From an uncultured Chloroflexia bacterium (GTDB taxonomy: Bacteria > Chloroflexota > Limnocylindria > Limnocylindrales > CSP1-4): a DNA stretch of 64,000 nucleotides. Shown here one piece after another: positions 36,073 to 47,562 of the stretch. Every line of letters begins with the position of its first letter. Position 1 is the stretch's first letter. The position numbers and the translations under genes are program-made. Under the pieces are notes generated by a model that was given only the letters and a program-made list of their open reading frames with translations, searched no databases and was not told where the DNA came from. The stretch is taken from NCBI GenBank assembly GCA_963764515.1, contig CAVXSS010000001.1:911373-975372 (forward strand). Reading direction: 5' to 3'.

Positions 36073-37368
36073 CTAGTCGCTGAGGCCCGCCTCGTGGGCG
36101 GCGTTGGATCGCGCCCGTTGGTCGGCATGGATCGGCAACGTGCCGAGCGCCGCCAGCAGGAAGGCGAAGGCCATCAGCCCGAAGACGATCGGCACGCCTG
36201 ATGCTTCGCCGGCGATGTCGATCACGACGCCGTAGGCCGCCACCCACAGTGAGCCGACCCCGAAGGCCATCGTGAAGTAGAGCGCATAGGACGCATCGCG
36301 GAGCGACGGTGGCGAGATGTCGGCCAGGAGAGCCTGGAGCTGTGGGCTCTCCGCGAAGCTGAAGAGGCCCATCAGCACGATCCCGACCCACAACCAGACC
36401 AGCGACGAACCGGCCAGCAGGAAGATGGCGAACCCGAGCGCGCCGCCCAGGTACACCCCGACGATGATCGGCTTGCGCCCGACCCTGTCCGAGAGCCAGC
36501 CGGCGATCAAGGGCACCGGCACCGAGAACACGATCAGGGCGCCGTACATGAACCCGGCCGTTGCCTCGTCCAGCCCGATGACCTTGGACAGGTAGATGAG
36601 GGCGAACAGGTTGACGACGCCGAGGCCCCGCCCGCCTCCGCCAAGGGCCGAGGTCAGGTACAGCCATCGCAGGTCGCTGTCGCGCAGGATCTGTCCGAAC
36701 GCGGAGCGCACGCTGCCCCCGGCCAGCGCCGCAGCCCGGTCCGTGCCGCGTTCGCGGACGAAGAGCAGGATCGCGACCGCGATCGCGATCGCCGGGAGGC
36801 CGAAGATCAGCGAGGCTCCCCGCCAGCCGAACGCCGCGATGAGCGGAACACCGAGCAGCGCAACGACGACGGTGCCGACGTTGCCGCCGGCGATGTGCGC
36901 ACTGATGGCAAAACCGCGCCGCTCCGGTGGGAACTGCTCGGCGAGCAGGCCGTTGCCGACCGGATGCTGGGGTGATCCGCCGATCCGCCACAGGATGTTG
37001 GGGATCGCGAACGTGGTGAAGTCGATCGCCATGGCCTGGATCGCGATTCCCCCACCGAACAGGATCCCGCCGATGCCGAGCAGGTTCCGGCGCGACACGA
37101 CGCGCGTGAGCGCGGCGAAGCTGAGCTGCACGAGGCCCGACGAGAACGAGCCGATGGCCGCCAGGAACGCGACCGCTTCCACGCCGACGCCGAACTCGTC
37201 GATGATCTTCAGGAAGACCAATGGCAGGACCACGGCCTGGGCGTGGTTGACGGCGTGGGCGACCGACAGGAGGCCAAGCGACCGCATCGGGTGGATGTCG
37301 GCGGCGGTCGCCGACGCATCGGGCGTCGTCAGCTCAGGGGTCGCTCCCACGTCGATATCCTGACGCAT
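36073..37368 (-). CDS. MFS transporter
   Basis: About 12 TM segments, AHAVNH, GWLSDRVGRK motif. Confidence 0.88.
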   Translation of the reverse strand: MRQDIDVGATPELTTPDASATAADIHPMRSLGLLSVAHAVNHAQAVVLPLVFLKIIDEFGVGVEAVAFLAAIGSFSSGLVQLSFAALTRVVSRRNLLGIGGILFGGGIAIQAMAIDFTTFAIPNILWRIGGSPQHPVGNGLLAEQFPPERRGFAISAHIAGGNVGTVVVALLGVPLIAAFGWRGASLIFGLPAIAIAVAILLFVRERGTDRAAALAGGSVRSAFGQILRDSDLRWLYLTSALGGGGRGLGVVNLFALIYLSKVIGLDEATAGFMYGALIVFSVPVPLIAGWLSDRVGRKPIIVGVYLGGALGFAIFLLAGSSLVWLWVGIVLMGLFSFAESPQLQALLADISPPSLRDASYALYFTMAFGVGSLWVAAYGVVIDIAGEASGVPIVFGLMAFAFLLAALGTLPIHADQRARSNAAHEAGLSD

Positions 37369-37457
37369 CGGTGACCTGTCCCGGACGGCCCGGTGCGCAC
37401 GCCGCGTTCCGCCGCCGATCCCCGGCCGCAGCCCGGCACGGATCGAGAGCGCGGAAC

Positions 37458-38813
37458 CTAGAACTGGTCGAGGTAGCGGTCGACCTCCCAGTCGGAGACC
37501 TGCGTGCGGTAGTCGTCCCACTCGGCACGCTTCGCCGCGATGTAGTGGCTGAAGACGTGGTCACCGAGGGCGTCGCGGATGACGTCGTCGGACTCCAGCT
37601 CGTCGAGCGCGTCGCCGAGCGTTCCCGGCAGCTCCTTGATGCCCTTGGACGCGATCGTGCTCGCGTCCATCTCGAACAGCGACTCCTCGACTGGATCGGC
37701 GAGAGGCATCTCCTTCTCGACCCCGTCGAGCCCTGCGGCGATCATCGCCGCGAAGGCGAGGTACGTGTTGGAGGACGGGTCGGGGCAACGGACCTCGCAG
37801 CGGGTCCCTTCGATCGACTTGCCGGGCGAGACCATCGGCACGCGGATGAGCGCGGACCGGTTGGTGCGCCCCCAGGTCAGGTAGGTCGGGGCCTCGTAGC
37901 CCGGCACGAGCCGCTTGTACGAGTTCACCAAAGGTGCAAGGACCGCGATCATGCCGCGCGCATGGCTCAAGATCCCGGCCATGTACGAGCGCGCGACGTC
38001 GGACAGCCCGTAGGGGTTCGACGCGTCCGCGAAGGCGTTGCGCTGTTCCGCGATCGAATACAGGCTCTGGTGGGTGTGCATGCCCGAGCCGTTGATCCCG
38101 TGGATGGGCTTGGGCATGAACGTTGCGTACAACCCGTGCTGCTGGGCGATCGCCTTCAGCGCGAACTTGAACGTCACCGCGTTGTCCGCGGTCCGCAGCG
38201 CGTCGGAGTACTCGAAGTCGATCTCGTGCTGGCCTTCAGCCACCTCGTGGTGAGCCGCCTCGACCCGGATCCCGAAGGCCTCCAGTGCGTCGACCATGTC
38301 CTGGCGGATCTCCTGGGCGAGATCGGTGGAGAAATCGAAGTAGCCCGCCTGGTCGTGGGGCAGCGGCTCGATGCCACCGTCCTCTCCGCGCCGGAACAGG
38401 AAGAACTCCAGCTCGGGGCCCGTGTTCACGACGTACCCCATGGCCTTGGCCCGTTCAACCTGACGGCGCAGGACGAAGCGGGGATCGCCGACGAACGGCT
38501 CGCCGCGCGGCGTGAACACGTCGCAGATGACCCGGGCGGTGCCGCGCGGACCCGCGCCGGGCTGCCATGGGATCTCGGCGAAGGTGCTCATGTCGGGCAT
38601 CAGGTACTGGTCGCTCTCGGCGATCCGTGTGAAGCCCTCGATCGATGATCCGTCGAACCACGTGCCGTGCTTGACCGATCCCTCGAGCTGGTGGATCGGG
38701 ATCGTCACCGCCTTGACGTGGCCGATGATGTCCGTGAACTGGAGCTGGATGAACCGGATCCCGCTCGTCTTGGCGACTTCGATCCTCGCGAGCGCTTTGG
38801 TGTCGTCGGCCAC
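37458..38813 (-). CDS. glnA: Glutamine synthetase type I
   Basis: SD GGAGG, FDGSSIEGF, HHEVAEGQHEI, FMPKP..NGSGMH, RLVPGYEAP, EVRCPD. Confidence 0.93.
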   Translation of the reverse strand: MADDTKALARIEVAKTSGIRFIQLQFTDIIGHVKAVTIPIHQLEGSVKHGTWFDGSSIEGFTRIAESDQYLMPDMSTFAEIPWQPGAGPRGTARVICDVFTPRGEPFVGDPRFVLRRQVERAKAMGYVVNTGPELEFFLFRRGEDGGIEPLPHDQAGYFDFSTDLAQEIRQDMVDALEAFGIRVEAAHHEVAEGQHEIDFEYSDALRTADNAVTFKFALKAIAQQHGLYATFMPKPIHGINGSGMHTHQSLYSIAEQRNAFADASNPYGLSDVARSYMAGILSHARGMIAVLAPLVNSYKRLVPGYEAPTYLTWGRTNRSALIRVPMVSPGKSIEGTRCEVRCPDPSSNTYLAFAAMIAAGLDGVEKEMPLADPVEESLFEMDASTIASKGIKELPGTLGDALDELESDDVIRDALGDHVFSHYIAAKRAEWDDYRTQVSDWEVDRYLDQF

Positions 38814-38864
38814 GGCTATGCCTCCTGGGCATGGGGGTTGGGACGGACGTCGCGGCACAAGGAT

Positions 38865-38896
38865 ACGCCCGGCCGGGGGAACCCAAGGCCGGGCGT
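38865..38896. terminator. Stable hairpin in the GSIII-GSI intergenic region
   Basis: ACGCCCGGCC/GGCCGGGCGT, a 10 bp perfect stem with no clear U-tract. Confidence 0.4.
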
Positions 38897-38944
38897 TCGG
38901 GCGTTTCAGGCGGTCAGGTCAGGTCCCTTGTCGGACCTCGACCA

Positions 38945-41089
<2,145 letters not shown>

Positions 41090-41232
41090 GGCTCTCCTGT
41101 CGGGTGCATGGCGGCGCTGGGGGTGGCTGTCGGCTCTCCTCGGACGGCGCGCCGAAACGGGCCGTCCCCACTTCCTCCGTCACGGTACCAGCGGGCCAGG
41201 TTGCGGTTCAGCACCAGTGGCCCCGCCTCATC

Positions 41233-41251
41233 GTTGTGCATTGCGCACAAC
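41233..41251. promoter_or_regulatory. Inverted repeat GTTGTGC-N5-GCACAAC upstream of GSIII
   Basis: Perfect 7 bp arms about 145 nt upstream of the GSIII start. Confidence 0.4.
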
Positions 41252-41273
41252 CCTTGCGGCCGGTGCTCGACGG

Positions 41274-42653
41274 TCAGGTCGACCGGCGAGCGGCGACGAG
41301 ATCGTCCAACAGCCGGCCGAACTCCCGTTCCACGTCGACATACCGGTCGGACCGCCAGACGATACCAAGCCTGCCATCGCTCGTCAGGCGGGTCCAGACA
41401 CGGCGCCGGGGCAGGTAGAAGCTGATCGTGATGCCCGCGATCAGGCTGGCGAAGGCGAGCCAGACGATGCCCTGGCCCGGATCGTGTTTCGCGATGAGGA
41501 GCGTGTAGTCGCTGAAGTCCGTCAGCATGATCGTGATGCCGAGCTCGTCCGATACCCGGGTGTCCCCCCTCGCCAGCGTCGTCGCCGCGTAGCTCTCGGT
41601 GATCGGGCTGCCATCGTCGGGGTTCGTGCCGGTCACGCGGTAGGGCAGGACCACGACCTCCCCGACACCATCGGGCGTCTTGTCGAGCAACAGCTGGAGG
41701 CCGATGTCGCGACCCGGTACCGGCAGGATGCCGTAGGGCAGCCCGTCCGCGGCGTCGGTCATCGGCACGGCACCGTCCCACAACGGCTTGCCGTCCGCGT
41801 CGAGGACGACCAGATGCGGTGCCGGCCCAAAGCCGTTCTGGTGGAACGTGTACCCGGCGACCGACAGCGGATCGTTGACCCGGATCGTCTTGCGCGCGAT
41901 CTCGCGCCCGTCCTGGTAGACCGCAAGGTCGGTCGTGAAGTCGGACGCCTGGCCGGTGTCGAACCCGGGCGCCTCGAAGTCGAGGTTCTTCACGAGCAGC
42001 AGCCCGGGCGTGCCGATCGGCTGGACGGTGAGCGACTCGCCCTCGGGAACCACGAGCCCCTGCTCGTCACCCAGTCGGGAGGTGACGGCGGCCGCGACCA
42101 GGAACAGGACCAGCCCGGTATGGGTCAGGAGCGTCGCCATCTTCGTGTACTGGTGACGGTCGCCGTAGAGATAGAGGTGTCCATCGTCGGCGCCCGCCTC
42201 GCGAACCTTGAAGCCGTTCCGGCGCAGCACCCGGCGGATGCCTTCGGCCGGCACGCCGGTCATCTCGGCGCGATCGGGGAGACGCGGATCGAAGAAGGGT
42301 TCGGGCTGGGCGACGCGGATCTCGGACACGCCGCGCCACAGCCGGGGCGTCCGGTCCAGCGTGCAGACGACGATGGAGATGACCAGGATCGTCAGCCCAG
42401 CGCTGAACCACACCGAGCGGAAGATCGAGAAGACGCTCAGGCGCTCGAGGACGTCGACGAGGCCGGCACCCAGCAACTGGTCATAACGAGCGTGGATGGC
42501 GTCCATGGCGCTCGCGTAGTCGCCCGCGGAGCGGAACGCGAAATCCGGCAACTGGCGGATCGTCATCCCCACGACGGCGAGGAGGGCCAGGACGATGATC
42601 TGCGCGACGGCGAAGTCGACCGAGGTCAGCAGGCGCCACAGCCCCATCCCCAC
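41274..42653 (-). CDS. resB: Cytochrome c biogenesis protein ResB/CcsB (system II)
   Basis: LTS..FA, QLP, IFRSVWF, LTHTGLVLFL, KTIRVNDPL, HDPG..IVW. The true start may be at 42719. Confidence 0.88.
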   Translation of the reverse strand: MGMGLWRLLTSVDFAVAQIIVLALLAVVGMTIRQLPDFAFRSAGDYASAMDAIHARYDQLLGAGLVDVLERLSVFSIFRSVWFSAGLTILVISIVVCTLDRTPRLWRGVSEIRVAQPEPFFDPRLPDRAEMTGVPAEGIRRVLRRNGFKVREAGADDGHLYLYGDRHQYTKMATLLTHTGLVLFLVAAAVTSRLGDEQGLVVPEGESLTVQPIGTPGLLLVKNLDFEAPGFDTGQASDFTTDLAVYQDGREIARKTIRVNDPLSVAGYTFHQNGFGPAPHLVVLDADGKPLWDGAVPMTDAADGLPYGILPVPGRDIGLQLLLDKTPDGVGEVVVLPYRVTGTNPDDGSPITESYAATTLARGDTRVSDELGITIMLTDFSDYTLLIAKHDPGQGIVWLAFASLIAGITISFYLPRRRVWTRLTSDGRLGIVWRSDRYVDVEREFGRLLDDLVAARRST

Positions 42654-42728
42654 GCGGGCCAGGGCATTCGGGCCGATCGGGCGGGTCGAGGCGGCCGGGA
42701 CGACGGCCGGTGTCGCGATGTCGGGCTC

Positions 42729-44030
42729 CTAGACGACGGCTGAGGTCGCTGTCGGGTGGCCGCCGGCCGCCGCGTCCGAGGCGCTGCCACCGCCACGATG
42801 TTCGGCCGCGGCAACGCTCGCCGCAGCCAACGCGGCCGACAGATCGGCCTCGAGGTCCTCGATGTCCTCCAGCCCGACGGAGACCCGCAGCAGGCCGGGC
42901 GTGATGCCGGCCTCGAGCAGCTGCGCCTCGGAGAGCTGGCGTTGGGACGTCGAGGGCGGATGGACGACCATCGTGTGGACACTCCCCAGCGACGCCGTGA
43001 GCTCCGGAAGGCTGAGGTGATCGATGATCGCGCGTCCGGCCTCGCGGCCACCCTCGACCTCGAACGCGAGCATGCCACCGCCGGCACCGGCTCGGAACTG
43101 GCGCTGCGCGACCGCGTGCTGCGGATGGCTGGGGAGGCCTGGGTACAGCACGCTGCGCACGCCGGGCTGACGTTCGAGCCAGCCAGCGAGTGCCGCCGCA
43201 CTCTGGCTGTGCCGTTCGGCCCGGACGGCCAGCGTCAGGATCCCGCGCAGGACCAGGAACGCATCGAACGGCCCGAGCGTGGCGCCGGTCTCGATCTGGA
43301 CTCGCTCGACCTCGGAGACAAGCGTCCTGGGACCGGCCACGACCCCGGCGATGAGATCGCTGTGGCCGCCAAGGAACTTGGTCGCCGACTCGACGACGAG
43401 ATCGGCCCCGAAGTCCAGCGGTCGGCAGACGTACGGGCACGCGAACGTGTTGTCGACGACGTACGTGGCACCGTGCCGGTGGGCCAGCTCGGACAGCGCG
43501 GCGTGGTCGCTGACGAACGTCGTCGGGTTCGCGATCGTTTCCGCGTAGAGGACGCGGGTCGGTTTCGCGGCGAGCGCGGCGCTGACCGCGTCGAGATCGG
43601 TCATGTCGACGATCTCGATGTCGACGCCGAAGCCGCCGAAGGTCCCGAGCAGCTGCGCCCTCGTGGAGCCATAGGTCGAGATGGGCCCGACGATCCGGTC
43701 GCCAGCGCGGACCAGCGATGCCAACGCCGCATAGATGGCGCCCATGCCGGAGGCGAGGGAGATGCCGGCCTCGCCGCCCGCCAGTTCCGCGTACGCCGAA
43801 CCGAGGGCGCTCGTCGTGGGGTTGGAGATCCGGCTGTATGCGAAGCCGGCCCGCGGGTCGCCCGCCACACGCCCGAGCTCGTCCGCGTCGGCCGAGGCGA
43901 ACGTCGCCGTCTGGTAGATCGGGACACTCGTCGGCCGCTGTCCCGGCTGCGGGAGGCGCGATGCCGCCCGGATGGCCCGGGTGGAGAAGCCGCGGGCACT
44001 CGACGGCGGCCGCGTCTCAGGGTCGTTCAC
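42729..44030 (-). CDS. Cys/Met metabolism PLP-dependent enzyme (cystathionine gamma-synthase/lyase family)
   Basis: YSRISNPT, ETIANP, VDNTFA, ESATKFLGGHSD, LRVSVGLED. Confidence 0.92.
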   Translation of the reverse strand: MNDPETRPPSSARGFSTRAIRAASRLPQPGQRPTSVPIYQTATFASADADELGRVAGDPRAGFAYSRISNPTTSALGSAYAELAGGEAGISLASGMGAIYAALASLVRAGDRIVGPISTYGSTRAQLLGTFGGFGVDIEIVDMTDLDAVSAALAAKPTRVLYAETIANPTTFVSDHAALSELAHRHGATYVVDNTFACPYVCRPLDFGADLVVESATKFLGGHSDLIAGVVAGPRTLVSEVERVQIETGATLGPFDAFLVLRGILTLAVRAERHSQSAAALAGWLERQPGVRSVLYPGLPSHPQHAVAQRQFRAGAGGGMLAFEVEGGREAGRAIIDHLSLPELTASLGSVHTMVVHPPSTSQRQLSEAQLLEAGITPGLLRVSVGLEDIEDLEADLSAALAAASVAAAEHRGGGSASDAAAGGHPTATSAVV

Positions 44031-44069
44031 GGCTCGGATGCTACACCGGACCCACCGCGAGAGGTCCCC

Positions 44070-45311
44070 TCAGGCGCGCTCGATCGACACCGGGATGCCG
44101 GTGACCCGGTCCTTGCCGGCACGTTTGGACGCATACATCGCGCCATCGGCGCTGATCATCAGCTCGTCGACGGTGCGGCCGTCGTCGGGGAAACTCACCA
44201 CGCCGACCGACAACGACGGTTGCGGGCCGCCTGGCGGCAGGCCCAGCGGCATGCTGCGGACGCCGAGGCGGATCTTCTCGGCCAGGACGAAGGCCCCGGT
44301 CGGGTCCGTCTCGGGGAGGAGCACGACGAACTCGTCGCCGCCATAGCGAGCCGCCGTGTCAAGGCGCCGGACCCCGGAGGTAACGACCTCGCCGAGGCCG
44401 CGCAGGACGCGATCGCCGTAGAAGTGGCCGAACCGGTCGTTGACGGCCTTCAGCTCGTCGAGATCCATCATCAGCAGGCAGAAGCCGCGACCCGACCGGG
44501 CGGATCGAGTGATCTCGCGCTCGATGGCGGCGAAGAAGAACGTCCGGTTGAACAGCCCCGTCAGCGGGTCGATGGTCGAGAGACGGATGGCCGCGTCGCG
44601 CGTCCGACGTTGCTCGCGGGCGATGACCATCGCCACGTAGGCCAGCAGGATGAGGGCCATCAGGTCGACCCCGATGATCGCCTCCGCGCTCGGCCCGATC
44701 GTGCCAGACGGCGAGCCCGCGAGCACTCCGGTGAGGAAGCCCAGGGCCGCCACGACGGTCAGACCGACCGTGACCGCCGACGTCACGACGAGAGCGGCGC
44801 CCGCGACGATGAGCGGGAACGTGAAGAAGAACGGGCTCTGGACGCCGCCAGTCAGCGCAACGAGGAAGGTCGCCGCCGTGAGGGCGACGGAGCCTTCCAC
44901 CACGAACCGCCCGGGGCCGAGCGCATCCGAGGGCAGCAGATCGTGCACGACGACGACGAACAAGCCCGTCACCGCGAGCAGCACGAGGACCGCCGCCTGG
45001 GTGGCCGGCCACAACCCGCTGACCGCGACGATGGTGGCGGTCGCCATCAGGAAGACCCAGCTCACGATGCGGACGACGCGGTCGTAGGCCGGTCGAGCGT
45101 CCGGGTCCGTGGGATCGTCGATGAGGCCGCCGACCACGGCGTCCTCCGCCGCTCGAGGATCGACGGGCTCGGCAGGGATCGCACCGCTCTGCCGCCGCAC
45201 GCGACCCGCGAAGGTCGGGGCGATGAGCGCGGCCATCAGCAGGAGGTTGGCGACGACCGCCACCACGATGAGGCCCAGGACCGCCTCGACTGGCAACGCC
45301 GCGACTCCCAC
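44070..45311 (-). CDS. Membrane-bound diguanylate cyclase
   Basis: Multi-TM N-terminus, DPLTGLFN, RYGGDEF with an intact RxxD I-site. Confidence 0.9.
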   Translation of the reverse strand: MGVAALPVEAVLGLIVVAVVANLLLMAALIAPTFAGRVRRQSGAIPAEPVDPRAAEDAVVGGLIDDPTDPDARPAYDRVVRIVSWVFLMATATIVAVSGLWPATQAAVLVLLAVTGLFVVVVHDLLPSDALGPGRFVVEGSVALTAATFLVALTGGVQSPFFFTFPLIVAGAALVVTSAVTVGLTVVAALGFLTGVLAGSPSGTIGPSAEAIIGVDLMALILLAYVAMVIAREQRRTRDAAIRLSTIDPLTGLFNRTFFFAAIEREITRSARSGRGFCLLMMDLDELKAVNDRFGHFYGDRVLRGLGEVVTSGVRRLDTAARYGGDEFVVLLPETDPTGAFVLAEKIRLGVRSMPLGLPPGGPQPSLSVGVVSFPDDGRTVDELMISADGAMYASKRAGKDRVTGIPVSIERA

Positions 45312-45432
45312 TATCCACCCAGGGCGTCGCTCGACGCGCGCCCGTCACCCGCCATGTTAGCCGCTCCCCTGGCCCGTTCTGCGATGCGACTCGGACGCTG
45401 GTGCGGCTGCGCACCGATGTCAGAGGTCGTGC

Positions 45433-45933
45433 CTAGCGCGCTCCCCACTGGTAGGTCTGCTTCACCAGGCGAAGGTAGACGAAGGTCTCGGTCTCGCGGA
45501 CCCCATCGATGGCGCGCAGCCGCTCTGCCAGGAAGCGCAGGAGCGCCTCGTTATCTTCGCAGACGGTCTCGATCAGGAGGTCATAGGTGCCGGCGGTGAT
45601 GACCACGTAGTCGACCTCCGGCATCGCCGCGAGCTCCTCGGCGACGGCGACGAGTCGGTCGCTCTCGCATCGGACGCCGACCATCGCCATCTGGTGGAAG
45701 CCGAGCTTGAGTGGGTCGGTCACGCCGACGACCTGGAGGATGCCCCGCTCGATCAGGCGGTTGGTCCGCGCGCGGACGGCGGCCTCGGACACCCCGAGCT
45801 CGAGCGCGATCTGGGTGAACGGTCGGCGGCCATCGGCCTGAAGGTGTTCGATGATGCGCTTGTCGAGTGCGGAGACCTCCTCCTGACGCCCGGCGGCTGG
45901 TCGGGGCCGGTCAGCGCGTCCCGAGGCGGTCAT
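45433..45933 (-). CDS. Lrp/AsnC-family regulator
   Basis: LDKRIIEHLQADGRRPFTQIA..GVSEAAVRAR, GTYDLL. Confidence 0.92.
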   Translation of the reverse strand: MTASGRADRPRPAAGRQEEVSALDKRIIEHLQADGRRPFTQIALELGVSEAAVRARTNRLIERGILQVVGVTDPLKLGFHQMAMVGVRCESDRLVAVAEELAAMPEVDYVVITAGTYDLLIETVCEDNEALLRFLAERLRAIDGVRETETFVYLRLVKQTYQWGAR

Positions 45934-45952
45934 GGCGCTCGCGTCTCCGTGG

Positions 45953-46564
45953 TCATGGCGCCGGCGTCTCCTTGCTGGCACTCGTTGCGGTCGATCGGTC
46001 CGGCATCGCCACCGGGACGATCGTGCGGGCCTTCATCGGCGAGAGGAGTGGATCGAGGACCTCCACGAGCGAGGTGAGCGCCGCCATCTCGCGAGCGTCC
46101 GGCTTCGTTGGGCGCACGCCGGTGGTCGTGGGACCCCATTGGATCAGGATATTGAGCCCGATGAACGCGATCGGCGGCTCGCCCTGGGCCGGCTTCGCGC
46201 CATCCTTCCAGCGCGTGGCCTTGGCCAGCGCCTTGCCCGAACTGTACTCGCTCACGATCAGGGGCCAGTCCAGGTAGGTCGCGTTGATGCGCCTGACGGG
46301 CTCACCACCCGCACGGCCCGATCCGGCGTTGTTGGCCTTGATCTTGAGCCCGGCCTTGTTCAGGGCCGCGAAGACCACATCCACGGCCGCCGGATCGGTC
46401 AGGTGGACCGGGGCTGGGCTGGGCGAGGCGGTCGGGACCGGGGTCGGGGGACGCGGTGAGGGAGACGGCGCTTCTCCGCCGCACGCCGACGCCAGCGCAC
46501 AAGCGATGACCAGGAGTGCGAGCGATCGGCGTCGCCCATGAGGCGAACGATTCGAATCTCGCAT
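45953..46564 (-). CDS. Hypothetical lipoprotein
   Basis: Lipobox ASAC, Pro-rich linker, globular C-terminal domain. Confidence 0.7.
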   Translation of the reverse strand: MRDSNRSPHGRRRSLALLVIACALASACGGEAPSPSPRPPTPVPTASPSPAPVHLTDPAAVDVVFAALNKAGLKIKANNAGSGRAGGEPVRRINATYLDWPLIVSEYSSGKALAKATRWKDGAKPAQGEPPIAFIGLNILIQWGPTTTGVRPTKPDAREMAALTSLVEVLDPLLSPMKARTIVPVAMPDRSTATSASKETPAP

Positions 46565-46634
46565 GGCAAGCACACGCTAGCACGCGGTTCGTGCTGCGCG
46601 TCCCCTGACAATTCTCCCACTCACGGCGGTCCGG

Positions 46635-47558
46635 TCAGCCGCGATCGAGCTCCCGGAGCACGAGTGCGGCCGCACCGATGGACTCGAGGGTGATGGGATC
46701 GAGCACGAGTTGCACGTGCGAGATTCCAGCTCTCGCGAACGCTCGCAGCGCTTCGGCGACGTCATCGGGCGCCCCCTCGAGCGGAGGCACGGCGTCGTTG
46801 GCCCCATCGCCCTGGATCCGGCCCGTGCCACCGTGCAGACGCATGAGGACCGCGACCGTTCGGGCGATGTCGTCCGGGTCGCGGCCGACGTCGCGACAGG
46901 CCTCGTCGACGACGTCCCGGAGCCGGGCCACGCCATCGGGCCGGTTGCCGATGTCGGCGAACCAGGAGTTCCAGGCGTCCACATACGGCGTCGTCAGGCG
47001 CAGCATCCGGGGGCCGTTGGACCCGATGAGCAGCGGCGGCCCGTCCGGTCGCGGCCCGCGCGGCAGCAGTTCGCAGTCCCGCGCCTGATAGAAGCGCCCG
47101 TCGAAGTCGATGGCGCCATCGCGCAGCAGGGTCCGGATGATCGTGAACGCCTCCTCGAACCGATCGACGCGGTGGTCGAAGGGGAATCCGAACGCCCGGA
47201 ACTCCGTCTCGTTCCAGCCCGCTCCCAGGCCGAGGACGAAACGGCCGGAGCTGATCTCGTCGATCGTCGCGGCCTGCTTGGCGAGGAGCGCCGGGTTGTG
47301 GAAGTTGGTACAGGCGACCAGCGGCCCGAACTCCACCCGCGAGGTCACCGCGGCGACGCCGGCCATAAGGGTCCACGCCTCCCACGGGCCGCGGGGCGGG
47401 CGGTCATCCCAGCGGTAGAGCAGGTGTTCGCCGAGCCAGATCGAATCGAAGCCGAGGCCCTCGATGGCGCGGATCATGTCCAGCAGCTCGGGCCAGCGAA
47501 CGTCACGCTCGACCTCGGGGAGCTGGACCCCGACCTTGAGCGGCCGGCCGGTGATCAC
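46635..47558 (-). CDS. LLM-class (luciferase-like) flavin/F420-dependent oxidoreductase
   Basis: GFDSIWLGEH, ISSGRFVLGLGAGW, PPLLIG. Confidence 0.88.
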   Translation of the reverse strand: MITGRPLKVGVQLPEVERDVRWPELLDMIRAIEGLGFDSIWLGEHLLYRWDDRPPRGPWEAWTLMAGVAAVTSRVEFGPLVACTNFHNPALLAKQAATIDEISSGRFVLGLGAGWNETEFRAFGFPFDHRVDRFEEAFTIIRTLLRDGAIDFDGRFYQARDCELLPRGPRPDGPPLLIGSNGPRMLRLTTPYVDAWNSWFADIGNRPDGVARLRDVVDEACRDVGRDPDDIARTVAVLMRLHGGTGRIQGDGANDAVPPLEGAPDDVAEALRAFARAGISHVQLVLDPITLESIGAAALVLRELDRG

Positions 47559-47562
47559 CGGG

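Noticed and set aside
41100-41200. Glutamine (glnA-motif) riboswitch upstream of GSIII
   Set aside because: GGAAGT followed by a hairpin is reminiscent, but I could not find the closing P1 stem (CGTT...AACG). Not called without an Infernal hit.
44031-44069. SAM or cobalamin riboswitch upstream of the Met-related genes (also checked 48616-48700)
   Set aside because: The gap at 44031-44069 is too short, no conserved riboswitch cores were seen at either site, and -10 boxes lie right next to the starts.
42756-45599. Very long alternative-frame ORFs (e.g. 947 aa at 42756-45599 +; also 41088-42743, 5429-6904, 51870-53363)
   Set aside because: They are antisense or off-frame shadows of well-supported genes, expected at ~70% GC. 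They are Arg/Gly/Pro-rich and lack recognisable motifs.
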